Virus record (IMG/VR): IMGVR_UViG_2857083903_000001
Span: 22,883-86,882 of that record
Direction: 5' to 3' (one strand)
Length of the DNA: 64,000 bases
From: a virus
Taxonomy: Duplodnaviria; Caudoviricetes
Position numbers and translations under genes: made by a program. Positions 19,511-29,870 of the stretch are shown in pieces (within the stretch, counting starts at the first letter, position 1; every line of letters begins with the position of its first letter). A model generated the notes under the pieces. The model was not told where the DNA came from, searched no databases, and was given only the letters and a program-made list of their open reading frames with translations.

Positions 19511-20797
19511 GTGAACCACACCGACCCGACCGCCCGGCCGCCGCTTCTCGCTGCTGCCCTCGCCCTGGAGTTGGACCGGGATGCTGCGTCCACCGGGGAA
19601 AGCGCTGATTACTGGCGCGGTATGACGCGAGCCGTGGAGCTGCTGCGCATCCTGAACCAGGACGAGCCTGCCGCGCCTGTGCTGGTGTCCCCGCCGCCGG
19701 ACCACGCCCCCCTCCGAGACCGTGTGGCTGCGGCTGCGCGCACGGTGTCGCTGCGCCTGGGCCCGAACGCGCTGGCTATGGCCGAGCGTGGGGAACCGAT
19801 CATCCTGTCTGGCGGCGAGGCCGACATGGTGGCCGACGCGGTCCTGGCGGTGCTGCCCGAGTCGGGCCGGGCCGCCACCCTGCTCGACGCAGCCGAGGCG
19901 ATCGACGCCGAGACCCGACAGTTGAAGGCCGATGGTGTGCTGGAGCCGGACAAGTTCCGTCCGTGCCGGGACGTAGCCGAGCAGCTGCGCCGTCTGGCCG
20001 CCGAGGCGCCCACCTGCACGCCTGGCCAGCCGTGCAACGCCGCCGTGATGCATCGCCTCGGCAACCTGGCCACAACCCACGGCCCGCACCTGTGGGTCGT
20101 GCAGCCGGGCATGGACCCCGTCCGCTGCCCCGGTACACCGATGCCGCAGTCTGAGGCGGGGGAGGCGCCCACTGTCACCTCCAACACTGATGGTGGTGTG
20201 ATCCTGCACCTGCCGGAGATCACGCACCTGGACACCCAGGTGTGGTCCGTCGACATCGGCCTCACCCCCGAGGGGCTGGCCGCGCTCCGGGCCGTGCTGA
20301 ACGGAGCCGAGGCACCCCAGCCCGACACCGAGGCGCGGCCCCGGCAGGCGTCGTGGCGTGTCGAGACCTATGACCCCGATGCGGGCGAGTGGGCGCCTGG
20401 GAGCCACTTCCTGTGCCGGGAGGCTGCTGTCGAGCGGCGGGACACCGCGACTGAGCGCGCCCCCCGGTGGGCGGACGACACCCCGGTTCAGCGGCGGATC
20501 GTCCGGGAGACGACCACCTACAGCGTGGAGCCGCCCAGCACTGGCGTGCCGACGTTGCTGCAGCTCGCTGATGCCGACCCCGAATACAGGGAGGTGCTGC
20601 TGAAGCGCGGCGACGAGATGACCGCCGTGTCCCAGCCTGCGGCAGACGGCGGCGAGGAGACGCCGCTCACGGTCACCACCCACCCGACCCGCTGCTGGCC
20701 GTGCATGACCGACGACTGCCCCACCGGGCCGCACCAGGTCGACGACATGCCGGACGTGGCCTGCGGCTGCGGATGCGTCAGCGAGGGGACGCGATGA
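19511..20797 (+). CDS. Mosaic phage hypothetical protein
   Basis: GTG after GGAG; ATGA overlap with the next gene. Confidence 0.6.
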   Translation: MNHTDPTARPPLLAAALALELDRDAASTGESADYWRGMTRAVELLRILNQDEPAAPVLVSPPPDHAPLRDRVAAAARTVSLRLGPNALAMAERGEPIILSGGEADMVADAVLAVLPESGRAATLLDAAEAIDAETRQLKADGVLEPDKFRPCRDVAEQLRRLAAEAPTCTPGQPCNAAVMHRLGNLATTHGPHLWVVQPGMDPVRCPGTPMPQSEAGEAPTVTSNTDGGVILHLPEITHLDTQVWSVDIGLTPEGLAALRAVLNGAEAPQPDTEARPRQASWRVETYDPDAGEWAPGSHFLCREAAVERRDTATERAPRWADDTPVQRRIVRETTTYSVEPPSTGVPTLLQLADADPEYREVLLKRGDEMTAVSQPAADGGEETPLTVTTHPTRCWPCMTDDCPTGPHQVDDMPDVACGCGCVSEGTR

Positions 20798-21174
20798 CCC
20801 CCTACCGCGTCCTCGTCACCGGCTCGCGCACGTGGACCGATGTGGGCGCCGTCCAGCGGGCGCTCGCTCGAGCCGCCGAAGGTGTGCCCGCCGGCCGGGA
20901 GCTGGTCGTGGTTCACGGTGACTGTCCGCGTGGTGCTGACGCGATGGCCGATCTGTGGGCTCGCCAGTGCGGCGCCACCATCGAGCGGCATGCTGCGGAC
21001 TGGCGACCCAACGGTGTCTTCGACCGAGCGGCTGGCCCGCGCCGCAACGCCCGCATGGTCAGCCTCGGTGCCGACCTGTGCCTGGCGTTCATCCGTGACG
21101 GCAGCCGGGGCGCCACACACTGCGCCGACCTCGCCGAGAAGGCGGGCATCCCCGTCCGCCGCTACACCGCCTGA
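20794..21174 (+). CDS. SLOG/YspA-like (DUF2493) protein
   Basis: [37 protein letters not shown]. Confidence 0.8.
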   Translation: MTPYRVLVTGSRTWTDVGAVQRALARAAEGVPAGRELVVVHGDCPRGADAMADLWARQCGATIERHAADWRPNGVFDRAAGPRRNARMVSLGADLCLAFIRDGSRGATHCADLAEKAGIPVRRYTA

Positions 21175-21220
21175 CCACCCACACCTCCAGCGCGCGGCGC
21201 TCCGACAGATAGGAAACCTT

Positions 21221-21553
21221 ATGAAAGGTCCCCGCAGCGACAACCTCGCCGTCTCCCGGGCCGTCGGCGCCAACGTTGCCGCACTACGCAGAACGCGCGG
21301 CATCTCCCAGCGCACGCTCGCCAGCACCACGGAACAGACAGGCAAGTCAGTCGGGTTCAGCACCATCTGCCGCATGGAGAAGGCCGCCGCACCCGGTGCC
21401 GCCCCCGTAGCGGTCTACGTTGACGATGTCGTCTCCCTAGCCGCCGCCCTCGGCGTCACCGTTCAGCAGCTCATCACCACGCCCAATTGCAACGCCTGCA
21501 TGGACAGCCCGCCGCCCGGATTCGCCTGTCGCACCTGCGGAGCCACCGCCTAA
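21221..21553 (+). CDS. XRE HTH regulator with C-terminal zinc ribbon
   Basis: LRRTRGISQRTLA...ICRME; CNAC...CRTC. Confidence 0.75.
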   Translation: MKGPRSDNLAVSRAVGANVAALRRTRGISQRTLASTTEQTGKSVGFSTICRMEKAAAPGAAPVAVYVDDVVSLAAALGVTVQQLITTPNCNACMDSPPPGFACRTCGATA

Positions 21554-21816
21554 CCCCGCCCCTGTGGCCGCCTCCTTGTGCTCGGGGGCGGCCCCTGACC
21601 GGAAGGACTCCGATGACCCCCGCCGACTACGACTGTGACCCCCCAAGCCCTCGCATGGGCGTTCGCCAAAGTGCAGGCGTACATCGACCGGCTTGCCGAC
21701 TTCGAACAGCAAGCCAAAGCAACACGTGACCACGGTCACGCCCGTTGTGGGCCTGCGGACCAGACGAAACCCCCCACCCCCGAGACAGTAGAAGCAACAC
21801 ACCCAAGGAGAACCCC

Positions 21817-22023
21817 ATGAGCAAGGACATGACCATCGCCGAGATCGTCGCCATGGCCAAGGCTGAGGCCGCCAAGCACCCCAACCGTGACACCGACAGC
21901 CCCCGCAACATCAACATCGGAGTCCTCCACGGCGGGCAGCACGTCAGCAACGTCACCATCACCGGCGACTACATCCCCAACAACAAGACCGGCAAGAGCA
22001 GCAAGAAGGGGAAGAAGGCATGA
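21817..22023 (+). CDS. Small hypothetical protein
   Basis: RBS AAGGAG; ATGA overlap. Confidence 0.6.
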   Translation: MSKDMTIAEIVAMAKAEAAKHPNRDTDSPRNINIGVLHGGQHVSNVTITGDYIPNNKTGKSSKKGKKA

Positions 22024-22469
22024 CCGCTGCCGCGTTCGCCGCCACCTACGCCGCCCTCACCGCCGCCCACGAAGTCGGCGACCATTGGACTCAAGTCGAC
22101 GCCCAGGCTGCCGCCAAGGGACTACCGAACCGTGACGGCGCCCTCGCCTGCACCGAGCACGTCCTCACCTACACAGCCACCCAGGCCGCCGCCCTGTACG
22201 CCATCCACCGGGCCACCGGATTAAGACTGTCGTGGAGGCGGGCCGCCCTCGGGCTTGCCGTGTCCGCGGTCACGCACTACATCGCGGACCGGCAGGGCGG
22301 CCACTGGCAGGACAAACAGCCGCGCGGCATCGTCCGCCTCGCCGCCGCCACCGGGCACGCAGAATGGCTAGAGCGAGACCCGAACGCCGGGTACCTGATG
22401 GACCAGGCATGGCATAAGGGCTGGATCTTCATGGCCGCCCTGGTTGTCGCGGGCGGGCGTGAGCAGTGA
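22020..22469 (+). CDS. DUF3307-like membrane protein; contains a TTA codon
   Basis: HEVGDHWTQ, HYIAD, DQAWH; in-frame TTA at 22221. Confidence 0.65.
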   Translation: MTAAAFAATYAALTAAHEVGDHWTQVDAQAAAKGLPNRDGALACTEHVLTYTATQAAALYAIHRATGLRLSWRRAALGLAVSAVTHYIADRQGGHWQDKQPRGIVRLAAATGHAEWLERDPNAGYLMDQAWHKGWIFMAALVVAGGREQ

Positions 22470-22705
22470 ACGAGCCGACCGAGGAGGACCCGCACGCCTA
22501 CCTCTCCTACCTCATGACCGACGGGCAAGAGCAGGCGTGGGCCCGGCTCTACCGAGAGGCTGCCGAGTGGAAGCATGACAGGCGGTGGGAGCCGCCCAAG
22601 AAGTACGGGCTGCGGGCGGACGACTGGCCGCTCCCCGGCAAGGTCGTAGAGCCGGAGCCCTTCCGCCTCCGCCTCATCGCATCGGGCGGCGAGAGGCTCA
22701 TCTGA
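22466..22705 (+). CDS. Hypothetical protein
   Basis: GTGA overlap; ends before a hairpin. Confidence 0.5.
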   Translation: MNEPTEEDPHAYLSYLMTDGQEQAWARLYREAAEWKHDRRWEPPKKYGLRADDWPLPGKVVEPEPFRLRLIASGGERLI

Positions 22706-22717
22706 GGGCAACACACC

Positions 22718-22756
22718 ACGGTGCCCCCGCCTGACGGAAACAGGCGGGGGCACCGT
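22718..22756 (+). terminator. Strong hairpin terminator
   Basis: acggtgcccccgcctg / caggcgggggcaccgt. Confidence 0.7.
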
Positions 22757-23174
22757 CATGCAGACTACCCGGCACGCGCAGGCAGGCCGGAAAGGCATCA
22801 GGCGGGCCGGGATGGCGCGGGTGTGCTGGCGGCCGGTGTCGGGGCCCCTGGTGTAGGGCGGGAGGACACCGGCCGCAGTCAGACACGTTGCGAAGCAACC
22901 AGTAGGGGGCCGGTCCGATTGCCGCGCTGCGATTCCCCATAGGGAAACGGCTACCGAAACCGGTTACCCACCCGGTTTACCCGCAGACCCCCACCCGAGA
23001 AGCACCCCGACAGTAATTCGAACACCGCCACAGCACCCACAACCCCAGACAAGAGCCAGCACACGATCCCCAACAACCTGGCAGGCCAGGACCGCGCACA
23101 CCGATGATGCACCGGACAACTACCCGTTTTCCACGGAAGATTTTGAGGGGTAAACCTATGCTCACTACCTACAC

Positions 23175-23189
23175 TTGACTCTTAGTCAA
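23175..23189. promoter_or_regulatory. Palindromic operator candidate upstream of the MmyB-like gene
   Basis: ttgact-ctt-agtcaa in an AT-richer intergenic region. Confidence 0.45.
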
Positions 23190-23215
23190 CTCGCCTATCG
23201 GGGGGATACCGCAAA

Positions 23216-24031
23216 GTGAACAAGGACGCACTTAAAAAGTTCCTCAAGGAACGGCGCGACGGTATAGCACCCGAATCCCTCGGCCTTACCCGGCCCGCCG
23301 CACGACAGGGACGCCGCTCCCTCGGCCTCGCCCAGGACCAGGTCGACGAACTCCTGAACCGGGCCCGCAACACCTACCAGAAGCTCGAAGCCGGCCGGTA
23401 CAAGAACCCGCCCGTCGACCTGCTCCGCGACATCGCCTGCCTCTACCAGCTCAACGAGCAGGAGTGGACCGCGCTGTGCCGGTACGCCCGCGGCGAGGAC
23501 CCGCCCACACCCCTCTACGACACCACCGGCTATGCCGTACCCGCGGCCTGGGAGGACGCCGTCACCCGGGTCGTCGCCCCCGCCTACGTCACCGACGCCT
23601 CCTGGACCGTCCTCGCCCACAACCAGCCGTTTGAGGACCTGTTCATCAGGGAGCCGCCAGCGAACACCATGCGGTGGATGCTCGTCTCTGGGAGGGAGCA
23701 ACTCATCGACTGGGAAGGCGCGTGGGCGCCGCTCGTCATGCCCCAGCTCAAAGCGGCTCTCGCCCAACGCCCCCAGGATCAGGTCCTCCGCGGGATCGAA
23801 ACCGACGTCTGCGCCGACCCGGCATCCAGAGCCCTGTACGAGAAGGGTGGGGCGTCGATTCACCCGGACGGGCATGAACGGCCGATCCGGCACGCCGTGG
23901 AGGGCGATGGCTGGGTGACGATGTGCGCGGCGCAGCCCATGGCCTCCCCCGGCGCCCGGTTCATGATCCTCATTTTTCGGCCGGACACCCAGCCCCCCAT
24001 GGACCGGCCGCCGCTCCTGAAAGCCCCCTGA
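23216..24031 (+). CDS. MmyB-family regulator (XRE HTH + PAS-like ligand-binding domain)
   Basis: LKKFLKERR..PESLGL..RR..GL; YQKLEAGR; PAYVTDASWTVLAHN; NTMRWML. Confidence 0.85.
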   Translation: MNKDALKKFLKERRDGIAPESLGLTRPAARQGRRSLGLAQDQVDELLNRARNTYQKLEAGRYKNPPVDLLRDIACLYQLNEQEWTALCRYARGEDPPTPLYDTTGYAVPAAWEDAVTRVVAPAYVTDASWTVLAHNQPFEDLFIREPPANTMRWMLVSGREQLIDWEGAWAPLVMPQLKAALAQRPQDQVLRGIETDVCADPASRALYEKGGASIHPDGHERPIRHAVEGDGWVTMCAAQPMASPGARFMILIFRPDTQPPMDRPPLLKAP

Positions 24032-24162
24032 GCAGCCAGTCCACCCATCTATGCCCCGATTCGACGGGCAGTCGGGCACCATGCCAGTACGGCAGAGGGA
24101 AACGTTCAAGCCATCTGCCGTACTTTGACCGGACCAGGTCACGTGTGTCCAAGGGGGGACCC

Positions 24163-25209
24163 ATGCCCGTCCGTATCAGCCAGCCCGTCACCATCCTCGC
24201 CGCCCACAAAGTCACGACCGCGGAGATAGCCGACGACATCCGCGCCCACCACCCGGACCATCCGCGGCTCGGCGCGATCCTCCGCGTCATCGACAACTGC
24301 GGCGTCGACTCCCGCTACTTCACGCAGCCGCTCACCGCGGACACCATCACCGGCACCGCCCCCATCGCCGACCGTGTCCGCCGCGCGTTCGCCGACGGCC
24401 TGGCCATGGCCGAGCAGGCCGCCCGCCGCATCCTCGACGAGCAGGGCCTCCAACCCGCAGACGTCACCGGGCTCATCACCACACACGCCACCGGCTGGGC
24501 CGTCCCCAACCTGGACGTCCACCTGGTGCACCGGCTCGGCCTCAGCCCGACCATCCGCCGCACCGCCCTCACCACCACAGCCTGCGCCGGCGGAGCCCAC
24601 GCCCTCATCCGCGCCACCGAGCAAGCCCTCCTGCACCCCGGCTCCCACGTCCTCGTCGTCGCCGCCGAAGTCCTCTCCACCTCCTACAACCATGCCGACA
24701 CCGGCATCGAGCACATGATCTACAAAGCCCTGTTCGGGGACTCCGCGGCCGCGACCATCGTGTCCTCCGACCCGCACGGCCCCGGCCTCCAGGTCGACGC
24801 TGACGGCTTGTTCGAGTACGCCATGCCAGGCTCACTGGACTACTACGCCGGCCGCATCGACAGCACCGGCCTCCACTTCGACTCCACGAAGCAAGCCTCC
24901 GGCGGCGCGAAGCAGGCGATGCCCGCCGTCATCGACTGGCTCGACGGCCGCACCGTCGACACACCCGTCATCCACCCCGGCTCCCGGCCGATCATCCTCG
25001 ACACCGCGACCGCGCTCGGCATGACCGAGCACGATGCACGGCACTCCCTGGACACCCTCACCACCGAAGGCAACCTGGGTGGGGTAGCCGTACTCCGGGT
25101 CCTGGAACGCACCCACGACGACCCGCCCGCCGCCGGGGCGCAGGCACTGGTGGTGGCGTACGGGCCAGGATTCACCGTGTCCGCCCTCCACGGCGCCTGG
25201 ACCAACTGA
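24163..25209 (+). CDS. Type III polyketide synthase (PhlD/RppA-like)
   Basis: Catalytic Cys (ACAGG), His (IHPGS), Asn (EGNLG); LFGDSAAA; YGPGFT. Confidence 0.9.
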   Translation: MPVRISQPVTILAAHKVTTAEIADDIRAHHPDHPRLGAILRVIDNCGVDSRYFTQPLTADTITGTAPIADRVRRAFADGLAMAEQAARRILDEQGLQPADVTGLITTHATGWAVPNLDVHLVHRLGLSPTIRRTALTTTACAGGAHALIRATEQALLHPGSHVLVVAAEVLSTSYNHADTGIEHMIYKALFGDSAAATIVSSDPHGPGLQVDADGLFEYAMPGSLDYYAGRIDSTGLHFDSTKQASGGAKQAMPAVIDWLDGRTVDTPVIHPGSRPIILDTATALGMTEHDARHSLDTLTTEGNLGGVAVLRVLERTHDDPPAAGAQALVVAYGPGFTVSALHGAWTN

Positions 25210-25297
25210 GGTAGCCAGCCTGGCGCGCTGCCTGGCGGCATGCGCGCCGGCATCCAGCGGAGGGAACAACCGGCCGGATCAGCGGCACCGTAGAGGC

Positions 25298-25720
25298 ATG
25301 ACCACGCCCCCGCCCCAGGCCATCATCCACCGCATAGAACTTCCCATCGACGACCGCCCCCACGGCATCGACCTCACCGGCGAGATCCTCCACACCGCCA
25401 TCCGCCGCCCCAACGTCGTGGACGTCTGGTACCAGGCCCGCCCAGCCGGCATGGACCCGATGCGGCGCAGCTTCCAAGTCGTCGGCACCGGCCAGCCCAT
25501 CCCCACCCACCTCGGCTTCTACATCCATGCCGGCTACAAGGGCACCGCGATCACTCCCGACGGGCAACTGGTGTGGCACGTCCTCGAGAACTGGTGCCCG
25601 CACCCGAACATCGTCGAGACCACCGAACTGCGGGACAAGCCCGGCTATGGCACTGGCATCTGCGAGTGCTGCCCTGTCGTCCTCCGTGGTGATGGCAACG
25701 GCGGCTGGCTGCCGATCTGA
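25298..25720 (+). CDS. Hypothetical protein
   Basis: 'RSFQVVGTGQPIP...LVWHVLE'; RBS GAGG. Confidence 0.65.
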   Translation: MTTPPPQAIIHRIELPIDDRPHGIDLTGEILHTAIRRPNVVDVWYQARPAGMDPMRRSFQVVGTGQPIPTHLGFYIHAGYKGTAITPDGQLVWHVLENWCPHPNIVETTELRDKPGYGTGICECCPVVLRGDGNGGWLPI

Positions 25721-25762
25721 GCAGAGGGAACACGGCGGCGTTTCGTGCCCACACTGAAGGGC

Positions 25763-26527
25763 ATGCCTCAGCCCAAACCCGCACGAATACGCCGCACCCT
25801 CACCGCCCTCACGGCAGCCGACCTCACCGCGGCCGCGCTGCTCCTCGCCTCCGCCACCGACACCCGCGCCGCCACCACCACACCCGTCTACAAGGGCACC
25901 GGCTGGAAAGCGGAGACCGGCAGCGGCATCTTCAGCCTCTCGCCCGACCCATACACGATCGTCTTCGCCGACACCACAGCCCGGACCAAGCTCACCAGCT
26001 ACCTGACAGCGCCGGCCGCGCAGGTCACCGGCAGCGTCGGTGTCCCCGTCACCGTGTCGACCAGCCTCGACACCACACCCACCAGCGCCTGTCCGGCCCG
26101 GCACCGCATCGTCGTCCACTACCTGTACCGGCCCATGAACGTGAGCGGCATGAGCCAGGCCCTGCCCTGCCACAACACCGGTGACGGCTCCGCGTGGGGC
26201 GGCCACATCCTGATGGACTCGGAGTACTGGACGTCCAGCACGTGGTTCTCCACGAACGTCACCACGAACGAAGCCCGCCGCAAGGACGCCGTCACCCACG
26301 AACTCGGGCACATCCTCGGCTTGGACCACCCCAACACCGACCTGGACAAGGACGGAGTGGTGGAGAACGGCGAGTGCGTGAAGTCCACGGCCGGCCGCAA
26401 GCCGATCCTGTGCTCACCGAACCGTGGAGTCCCGGCCGCCACGGACGGCGGCAGGTTCACCACGGAGTACGACCTACCCGGCCTGCGGCAGATGCTCGCC
26501 AACTACTACCTACGGCAGACCACGTAA
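25763..26527 (+). CDS. Secreted zinc metalloprotease (metzincin/matrixin-like)
   Basis: Signal-like N-terminus; HELGHILGLDH. Confidence 0.8.
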   Translation: MPQPKPARIRRTLTALTAADLTAAALLLASATDTRAATTTPVYKGTGWKAETGSGIFSLSPDPYTIVFADTTARTKLTSYLTAPAAQVTGSVGVPVTVSTSLDTTPTSACPARHRIVVHYLYRPMNVSGMSQALPCHNTGDGSAWGGHILMDSEYWTSSTWFSTNVTTNEARRKDAVTHELGHILGLDHPNTDLDKDGVVENGECVKSTAGRKPILCSPNRGVPAATDGGRFTTEYDLPGLRQMLANYYLRQTT

Positions 26528-26744
26528 CCCAAGGAGCGTTGTCAGACCGGCATGCCACACTGGATACGCGCGCTGATCCCGGCCTCCTTGCCGGAGGTAG
26601 GCGTGAGATCAACCCGGTGGGGGTGGCCCCGGCCACCCACCGATCGGCACCGGGCCTTCGCTGGCCTAGCTAGCCAGTGTTCGCCTTCCGCCCTGCCACG
26701 CACGTCCCCCGTCGTGGCAGGGCGGACGTACGTTCCGGCCCGGT

Positions 26745-27089
26745 CTACTGCTCCAGCATCCCCAGCTCGGTGTCCGGACGGCACACCGTGCACGCCGACA
26801 CCCCCGCCGCCAACGCCTGCCGGGCCACGTCGGCGTCGATGCCCTTCGACCGCTGCCCGGCCATCCGGCAGTCCCCCACATGCACCCCGACCGGCGGCCG
26901 GTCACGATTCAGCCCGTAGTCCAGCAGCCACGCCGGCCGCTCTGCCTCCCGTACGGCTGCGGCGCGGGCCTGCTCGGCTTCTCGCTGGCGGGCCTGGGTG
27001 AGCTTGGCGTCGATCCGGGTGACCCACATGGCGTGCCAGGTCCGCAGGGTTTCGAGGCGGGGCACATCCTCCGGCAGGTCGTCGAACAC
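26745..27089 (-). CDS. DUF6233-like protein
   Basis: VHVGDC...ACTVCRPDTELG. Confidence 0.7.
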   Translation of the reverse strand: MFDDLPEDVPRLETLRTWHAMWVTRIDAKLTQARQREAEQARAAAVREAERPAWLLDYGLNRDRPPVGVHVGDCRMAGQRSKGIDADVARQALAAGVSACTVCRPDTELGMLEQ

Positions 27090-27167
27090 ATGACCGATTG
27101 TATGGGTGTGAAAAAAGAGCCCGCCACCTGGGACGAACGCCAGGACGGCAGGCTCTCGAGAGCACGC

Positions 27168-27800
27168 TCAGTACGACGGGAGGACTACGGTTGCGCGCCG
27201 GGCCAGGGCGGCAGCTTCCCGCCGGGCGGGCGGGCCGTCGTTCACCCGCAGCACCTCCACCAGCCGGTCGGTAGGCACGACGGGCACCTCCCGCACCGTG
27301 AACCCGGACCCGGCCACCGGAGCGTTGTGCACGGCGATGACCGGCTGCACCGGCACCCCAAGAGCACGGGCGATCAGATCCGTCTCGTACAGGACGCTCC
27401 GCAGGTCCCTGCTGCGGTTCGCCGGCTTGTGACCGGCCTCCCCATGCCACAGCGTGCCGCCCGCAGCGTGGACGAGGTACCGGCTGGACCACAGCTTCGA
27501 GTCGACCAGGAACACACGGGCACCGGGGCTGACGAGGACGTGGTCGGCGTTGGCGCTGCGGGCGCCGGGTATCGCCCGGTCGTGCAGCACTTTCCACCCC
27601 ACGGCCTCCAGCGGCTGGAGCAGGGCGGCGGTGCGCCGCTCCCCCTCGGCCCCGGCGTTACAGGCGGCAGCGTGGGCGTCCGCGCGCCGTGCGGCGGGGC
27701 TGAGCCCCAGGGCGGCGAGGAAACGCCTCCACACGCCTCTGCGGGCGGCCTGGCGCTGCTCCTCACCCCACCGGGACACTGACCCACCAGCCGCACTCAC
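27168..27800 (-). CDS. NERD-domain nuclease-like protein
   Basis: GAEGE, VLHDRAIP, NADHVLV, VDSK. Confidence 0.8.
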   Translation of the reverse strand: MSAAGGSVSRWGEEQRQAARRGVWRRFLAALGLSPAARRADAHAAACNAGAEGERRTAALLQPLEAVGWKVLHDRAIPGARSANADHVLVSPGARVFLVDSKLWSSRYLVHAAGGTLWHGEAGHKPANRSRDLRSVLYETDLIARALGVPVQPVIAVHNAPVAGSGFTVREVPVVPTDRLVEVLRVNDGPPARREAAALARRATVVLPSY

Positions 27801-28099
27801 GCGGCACTCGGAGCGGTACGGCGGACGCCCTGGAAGCGGCGTGCCCAGGTCCGGAGCCGCCGCTTCGTGTCATCGCCTCCCCCGCCCTTCCACCACAGCC
27901 AGCCGCTCACCGCAGCGAAGCCAGCCGACATGGATGCGGACACTGGACTCCCGTCCACGACACCGCCTAGCGCGATGACACTGTTAGCCAGGCACATCAG
28001 GCCGTTGATCTTGTGCAAGGGAAGGCGTCGGGTAAACAGCGAGGCCAGGCCGCATACGACGACAGCTATACCGATTCCCCAGAGGACGAACGACAGCAT
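27797..28099 (-). CDS. Small membrane protein
   Basis: Three hydrophobic segments; coupled. Confidence 0.6.
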   Translation of the reverse strand: MLSFVLWGIGIAVVVCGLASLFTRRLPLHKINGLMCLANSVIALGGVVDGSPVSASMSAGFAAVSGWLWWKGGGGDDTKRRLRTWARRFQGVRRTAPSAA

Positions 28100-28335
28100 C
28101 AGAGTGCCTTCCTTGTCTTAACGGTTCGGGCGTGGGCGCGGCGGCGCCGGTGGTAGCGGACAGCCCGCCATCCCGCCTCCACAGCCATGGCGAGAGCGAC
28201 GGCGACGATCGTGCAGACGATGACCGCACCCGGCGACAACACACGGGCGCCGATCAGAGTCAGCCATCCCCAGGCAGTACCCACGGCTATGACGCCGACG
28301 AGGACGCTCTGGGCGAGGAGCGGGGGTATTCGCAC
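28099..28335 (-). CDS. Small membrane protein
   Basis: GTG after AGGAGG; two TM segments. Confidence 0.55.
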   Translation of the reverse strand: MRIPPLLAQSVLVGVIAVGTAWGWLTLIGARVLSPGAVIVCTIVAVALAMAVEAGWRAVRYHRRRRAHARTVKTRKAL

Positions 28336-28360
28336 GGGCCCTCCTGGGCGTTGTTCGGTG

Positions 28361-29017
28361 TCAGGACGCCCGGCTTTGCGGGGCTGGGCTGTCGGGAACG
28401 CTGGAGAGCGCGGCAAGGACCTGCTGGCCCGCGGCCCGCTTCGCAGGAATGTGCAGCCACCGTTTCGCCAGCTCCGTCACCCGACGCACCCCACCCGCAT
28501 CCACCGGCACGGTCCCGGCCTGCAAGGCGCGCTGCTTCCACCGCTGCCTAGACGTGCGGAGGTTGGTGCACTGTCGGCGTTCCTCGTCCAGCAGCGCTTC
28601 CGTCTCCAAGTGAGCGGCGATCAGCCCGCGGAGTCCTTCCCGCAGCCGGTCGCCCTCGCTGTAGTCGAGGCCGCCTTTGCGTTCGGCCCGGCCGATCAGG
28701 TTGAACATCTGCTCCAGCGTGGGCTGCCCGCCGGCCGGGCTGCTGGGTTCGCGGTAGGTGGTGACGGTGACGATCCCGGCCTGGCTGGCGACACCGACGG
28801 CTTGGGCGCGGTCGTTGACGTGGAGCCGTTTGAAGACTTCGGCCATCTGGGTTTTGACGGTGTTTTCACTGGTGTTGAGGTGGTGGGCGATGAGCCGGTT
28901 GGAGTGGCCGTTGGCGGCGAGTTGGAGGACTTGGAGTTGTCGGGGTGTGAGTGTGTCGGGGTGTGGGCGGGGCCCGTCACTGGACTGCGACGGGCCCACC
29001 TGAACGGGTGCGGTCAC
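28361..29017 (-). CDS. LuxR-type HTH protein
   Basis: LTPRQLQVLQLAANGHSNRLIA...TVKTQ. Confidence 0.8.
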   Translation of the reverse strand: MTAPVQVGPSQSSDGPRPHPDTLTPRQLQVLQLAANGHSNRLIAHHLNTSENTVKTQMAEVFKRLHVNDRAQAVGVASQAGIVTVTTYREPSSPAGGQPTLEQMFNLIGRAERKGGLDYSEGDRLREGLRGLIAAHLETEALLDEERRQCTNLRTSRQRWKQRALQAGTVPVDAGGVRRVTELAKRWLHIPAKRAAGQQVLAALSSVPDSPAPQSRAS

Positions 29018-29415
29018 TCGCTACTCCCCTCGTTGGCGAGGGCGAGCAGGACTGCGGCGTGGCAGGGCAGTGACTCGGCGCACCAGCACATGAGGTCCCG
29101 ACCCGCGAGCTGCTTAGGGACCGCCACCCACAGTTGCGGGCGGTGGTTGACGTAGATCTCGAACAACTCGACCGCCAGGGTGTGGGCGTCACGCTGGTCG
29201 TTGGCGAGAATGAAGTCCCGCAGTCCCTTAGGTCGCTGCTGCTGCGTGTGGCCTGCCCAGTTCACGGCCCACCCGGTGCCGGTGTCCGTCTTGATGACGA
29301 CCCAGGGGTTACCCCACTGACTGCCACGTCCGACGTAGACCGGCTTGCGGCCCTGAGCGTCGAGGGGCGCCGTCCACCCGGCCGTACGGCGGCGCTGGAT
29401 ACGGGTCGGGCTCAT
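29014..29415 (-). CDS. DUF4326 protein
   Basis: YVGRGSQWGNPW...LAGRDLMCWC..PCHA. Confidence 0.8.
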   Translation of the reverse strand: MSPTRIQRRRTAGWTAPLDAQGRKPVYVGRGSQWGNPWVVIKTDTGTGWAVNWAGHTQQQRPKGLRDFILANDQRDAHTLAVELFEIYVNHRPQLWVAVPKQLAGRDLMCWCAESLPCHAAVLLALANEGSSE

Positions 29416-29870
29416 GCGGTGGTCTCCTTGCGGCTGCGGCGGGTGAACGGGAGCCGGGCACCAGGACGACCCAGCGGGCGCCGCACAGACACCGGCCGTA
29501 GCACGGCCTGTACGGGCCCGTGAGCCGTCGGGGCCGGGTCGGGGTGCCACACCTCCACCCACACCCCGTCCAGCCGCCACACCGCCGCCGTACGCCCCGG
29601 CACCGTGAAGTCCAGGACGGGCAGCAGATCCTCCCCGCACGGGTTCGCACGGATCGTCAGGAACGAAGCCTGCCGGGCCGCGAACGCGGTCAACGCGGCT
29701 GCCGGGTCGGGGCCGGAGAGTTGGGCGGACACGTGGAGCAGTCCGTCCTGGGCGCGGGTGATGGTCCAGCCGGTGAGGGTTTCGGGTCGCTGGCTCTGGC
29801 TGTCCCGCCAGGCTTTGATGGTGGCGTGCTTGGCGGCGAGGGCGTCGGGATGCAGGGTGAGGGCGGTCAC
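29412..29870 (-). CDS. Hypothetical protein
   Basis: Coupled ORF. Confidence 0.55.
   Translation of the reverse strand: MTALTLHPDALAAKHATIKAWRDSQSQRPETLTGWTITRAQDGLLHVSAQLSGPDPAAALTAFAARQASFLTIRANPCGEDLLPVLDFTVPGRTAAVWRLDGVWVEVWHPDPAPTAHGPVQAVLRPVSVRRPLGRPGARLPFTRRSRKETTA

Noticed and set aside
21613-21820. ORF(s) after the RBS at about 21603
   Set aside because: The RBS-linked start and the protein-like frame disagree; cannot decide between gene, pseudogene or noise
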